Below, in pieces: positions 62,493 to 64,000 of a stretch of 64,000 nucleotides of DNA. Numbering within the stretch: the stretch's first letter is position 1; each line of letters begins with the position of its first letter. The notes beneath the pieces are model-generated. The model had not been told where the DNA came from and searched no databases. It saw only the letters and a list, made by a program, of their open reading frames with translations. The DNA is from Candidatus Gastranaerophilales bacterium (GTDB taxonomy: Bacteria > Cyanobacteriota > Vampirovibrionia > Gastranaerophilales > Gastranaerophilaceae). The position numbers were made by a program, and so were the translations under genes. Location of the stretch: contig CAJULX010000010.1 of NCBI GenBank assembly GCA_910587245.1, forward strand, positions 5,069 through 69,068, given 5' to 3'.

Positions 62493-62630
62493 AGTAAAAA
62501 TTGCTGAATTATTTTATTTTTACCATATAAAAGCCAAAGAATTAGAAACCAAATCAATAAACGTATCTTTATATCATTATTGAAAGGTTGCTCAAAATCC
62601 CATTTTTCTTTAATGAAATTTTGTGCCCTA

Positions 62631-62706
62631 AGCCCCACAGGGAGCTATCTTTGGACGGGTTGAAAAATCTTCTCTGTTAACACCCTTAAGCATTAACACT
62701 CCAAGA
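62631..62706 (-). repeat. inter-cassette structured element E7
   Basis: P1 is short (UCUU/AAGA). P2 is GUUAAUGC-UUAAGG-GUGUUAAC with two G-U pairs. The 18-mer is AACCCGUCCAAAGAUAGC. P3 is AGCUCC/GGGGCU. Confidence 0.55.
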
Positions 62707-62923
62707 AATAAAGTTTTACATTTTAGTACTTTAGCCCTTTTAACGCGTTTAGTCAATATTCTTCACAAAATGTTACATTATTGAAAATAGATTTCAATAT
62801 GGTATACTTCATAAAAGAAAAGTTGGAAAACATTTTTGATGTTTCTCGCTTATGTGCGCGGGAAATATTTAAAAAAGTTAAGTTGTTTTATCGTAAATAG
62901 TTTACACAAGGTTACATGTAAGT

Positions 62924-64000
62924 ATGAAAAAAGTTATTTTTTCGCATGCCAAAAATATTGCATGCAAAAATTGCGGCTCAAAACGTCGCAAAGCATTTTC
63001 ACTTGTTGAAATGCTGATGGCTCTTCTGGTAGCTTCGTTATTGCTTGCGGCTCTTGCCCCTGTAATGACAAGAAAAATGACAGAGGATAAAGTCAATGTT
63101 TCGGGTAGTTTAACTGACAGTATCTACCATGAGTACAAGGTTTTTACAAACCTCACAACAGGAGATGGCAATAGTGCTAATAAAGAGTACGAATTCGAAT
63201 TTCCACCAAACACCGATGAAACGGATGCTACGAGATTCGGTGCGATTATAGTTGCAGGGGGTGGCGGAGGTGCCGGCGCAGCTGCTTCTGATGTCAGAGG
63301 GCCAAAAACCCTTTCTTTTAATCAGGGCAATGCGGGAGGCTCTACCTCTTCTACAACAAGCGCTGTGTCATTGCCTTCGTATACCGATTACAGATTTAAC
63401 AGGTATACGGATTCAATAAAGCTGACTATTGTTAGCGGCGCAGGCGGCGGCGGCGGCGGAAACGGCGTGACTAAGACGGAAACACCGGAACTTAGTCAAT
63501 CCGTTTGCGCGGGCTATGGTATGGGAAAAACAGATACCACGGGGCATGTTGGTACTGTTAATTCTCCGCTTATCGTCTACGATTCAGCTAATAATATGTG
63601 CGTCTCAGCGTATAATCAGATTTCTTCAGGTACAAGGACTTCTCCAAGTCCGAGCCAGCCATATTGTACAACCTATTCATACAGTGGTTTTTCTACGCCG
63701 ATTTGTATGAAAGATGGTGCGTTTAATGCGTGCAACGCATTTAAGACGGCCATGGGCGGAAATATGAATTGGAGATTGCCTACGCAGACTGAGCAGTCAA
63801 AATGGACAGCGACGTTTGTTGGAAGAACAATTGCGGCAGGCGGTCTAGGTGGGTGTAACCACTCCAGCGTGAGCGGTACACCGCACTGTCCGCATCAGCT
63901 TATCAGCGCAAGTAAGCAGGTTCACGATCCGTACCACATATGGTCTTCTACGACCTATACTGACACTGCCTTTTGCACAGGCGGTACGACATACCGCACT
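62924..64000 (+). CDS. type IV prepilin-like surface protein with Gly-rich middle region and DUF1566/FISUMP-like lectin-fold C-terminus (3' end beyond window)
   Basis: An ATG at 62924 opens a frame with no stop for 359 codons to the window end. It is missing from the ORF track because no stop is reached. The N-terminus KAFSLVEMLMALLVASLLLAALAP is a prepilin cleavage/methylation-type segment. AGGGGGAGA and SGAGGGGGGNG are glycine tracts. NWRLPTQTEQSKW is the DUF1566/FISUMP hallmark. From 63851 onward the gene is homologous to cassettes C1-C8. Confidence 0.85.
   Translation, partial: MKKVIFSHAKNIACKNCGSKRRKAFSLVEMLMALLVASLLLAALAPVMTRKMTEDKVNVSGSLTDSIYHEYKVFTNLTTGDGNSANKEYEFEFPPNTDETDATRFGAIIVAGGGGGAGAAASDVRGPKTLSFNQGNAGGSTSSTTSAVSLPSYTDYRFNRYTDSIKLTIVSGAGGGGGGNGVTKTETPELSQSVCAGYGMGKTDTTGHVGTVNSPLIVYDSANNMCVSAYNQISSGTRTSPSPSQPYCTTYSYSGFSTPICMKDGAFNACNAFKTAMGGNMNWRLPTQTEQSKWTATFVGRTIAAGGLGGCNHSSVSGTPHCPHQLISASKQVHDPYHIWSSTTYTDTAFCTGGTTYRT
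63443..63457 (+). repeat. (GGC)5 trinucleotide repeat inside the pilin-like gene
   Basis: GGCGGCGGCGGCGGC encodes part of the SGAGGGGGGNG tract. Confidence 0.9.

Noticed and set aside
59156-62706. CRISPR array or integron cassette array
   Set aside because: The period is 430-480 bp, the repeated part is protein-coding, and there are no short direct repeats with unique spacers. The inter-cassette element contains YYYAAC / GTTRRR-like strings, but it lacks the paired R''/R' inverse-core architecture of attC. No intI is present.
59479-62706. Known self-cleaving ribozyme or riboswitch identity for the inter-cassette element (for example hammerhead because of the GUC in AACCCGUC)
   Set aside because: No CUGAUGA...GAAA core was found, and there is no match from memory to twister, pistol, hatchet, HDV-like, preQ1, c-di-GMP, guanidine, fluoride or ZTP consensus sequences. 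It is left as unclassified.
59156-64000. Diversity-generating retroelement (template repeat / variable repeat) as the explanation for the repeated lectin-fold segments
   Set aside because: No reverse transcriptase or Avd-like gene is in the window. The cassettes differ by indels (40-47 codons in the core) and by substitutions at all four bases, not only at adenines of one template. No AAC-rich template repeat is present. In the best-matching stretch, the four differences between the expressed gene and C5 do all fall on C5 adenines. That is too few sites to be meaningful, and the pattern fails against C1.

Overview
The window is AT-rich bacterial chromosome (about one third G+C by eye), and positions 1-58.7 kb are ordinary housekeeping DNA. 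Recognisable genes there include rpmE (partial), hydF, the pgpH-ybeY-dgkA operon, rpsT, dnaK, two LeuC/HacA-type dehydratase large subunits, dacB, rpsL-rpsG, tgt, ndk, ychF, mscL, a PPi-dependent phosphofructokinase, def-fmt, an AroH chorismate mutase, an M16 peptidase pair, OppBC-type permeases, mgtC and infB-rbfA-truB. There are also two glycan-synthesis clusters (GT2, WbsX-like, GT9, glf) and five tRNA genes (Cys, CAU, Pro, Gly, Ala). The gene content (HydF, PPi-PFK, GT9, prepilin-type protein) suggests an anaerobic diderm low-GC lineage, but this cannot be settled from sequence alone. The outstanding feature is the last 5 kb. A type IV prepilin-like surface protein gene starts at 62924 on the plus strand and runs off the window. 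It encodes a glycine-rich middle region and a DUF1566/FISUMP-like lectin-fold C-terminus. Immediately upstream, on the opposite strand, lies a head-to-tail array of eight GC-rich cassettes (59156-62492) that lack a canonical ATG start, a ribosome-binding site, an N-terminal pilin module and an obvious promoter. Each cassette encodes an alternative version of only the last ~80 residues of that protein. The cassettes share near-identical 5' and 3' nucleotide boxes around a hypervariable, indel-rich core. The expressed copy is a patchwork of exact matches to three different cassettes. Seven of the eight cassettes are preceded by a conserved multi-hairpin element with compensatory base changes that I cannot assign to any known RNA or recombination-site family. 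I interpret this as a cassette-based antigenic or ligand-specificity variation system (pilE/pilS-, vlsE- or shufflon-like in logic) acting on a lectin-fold pilin-like adhesin. No recombinase or reverse transcriptase is visible in the window. A secondary oddity is that three tRNA genes each carry an upstream partial copy of their own 5' end, followed by a shared leader motif.
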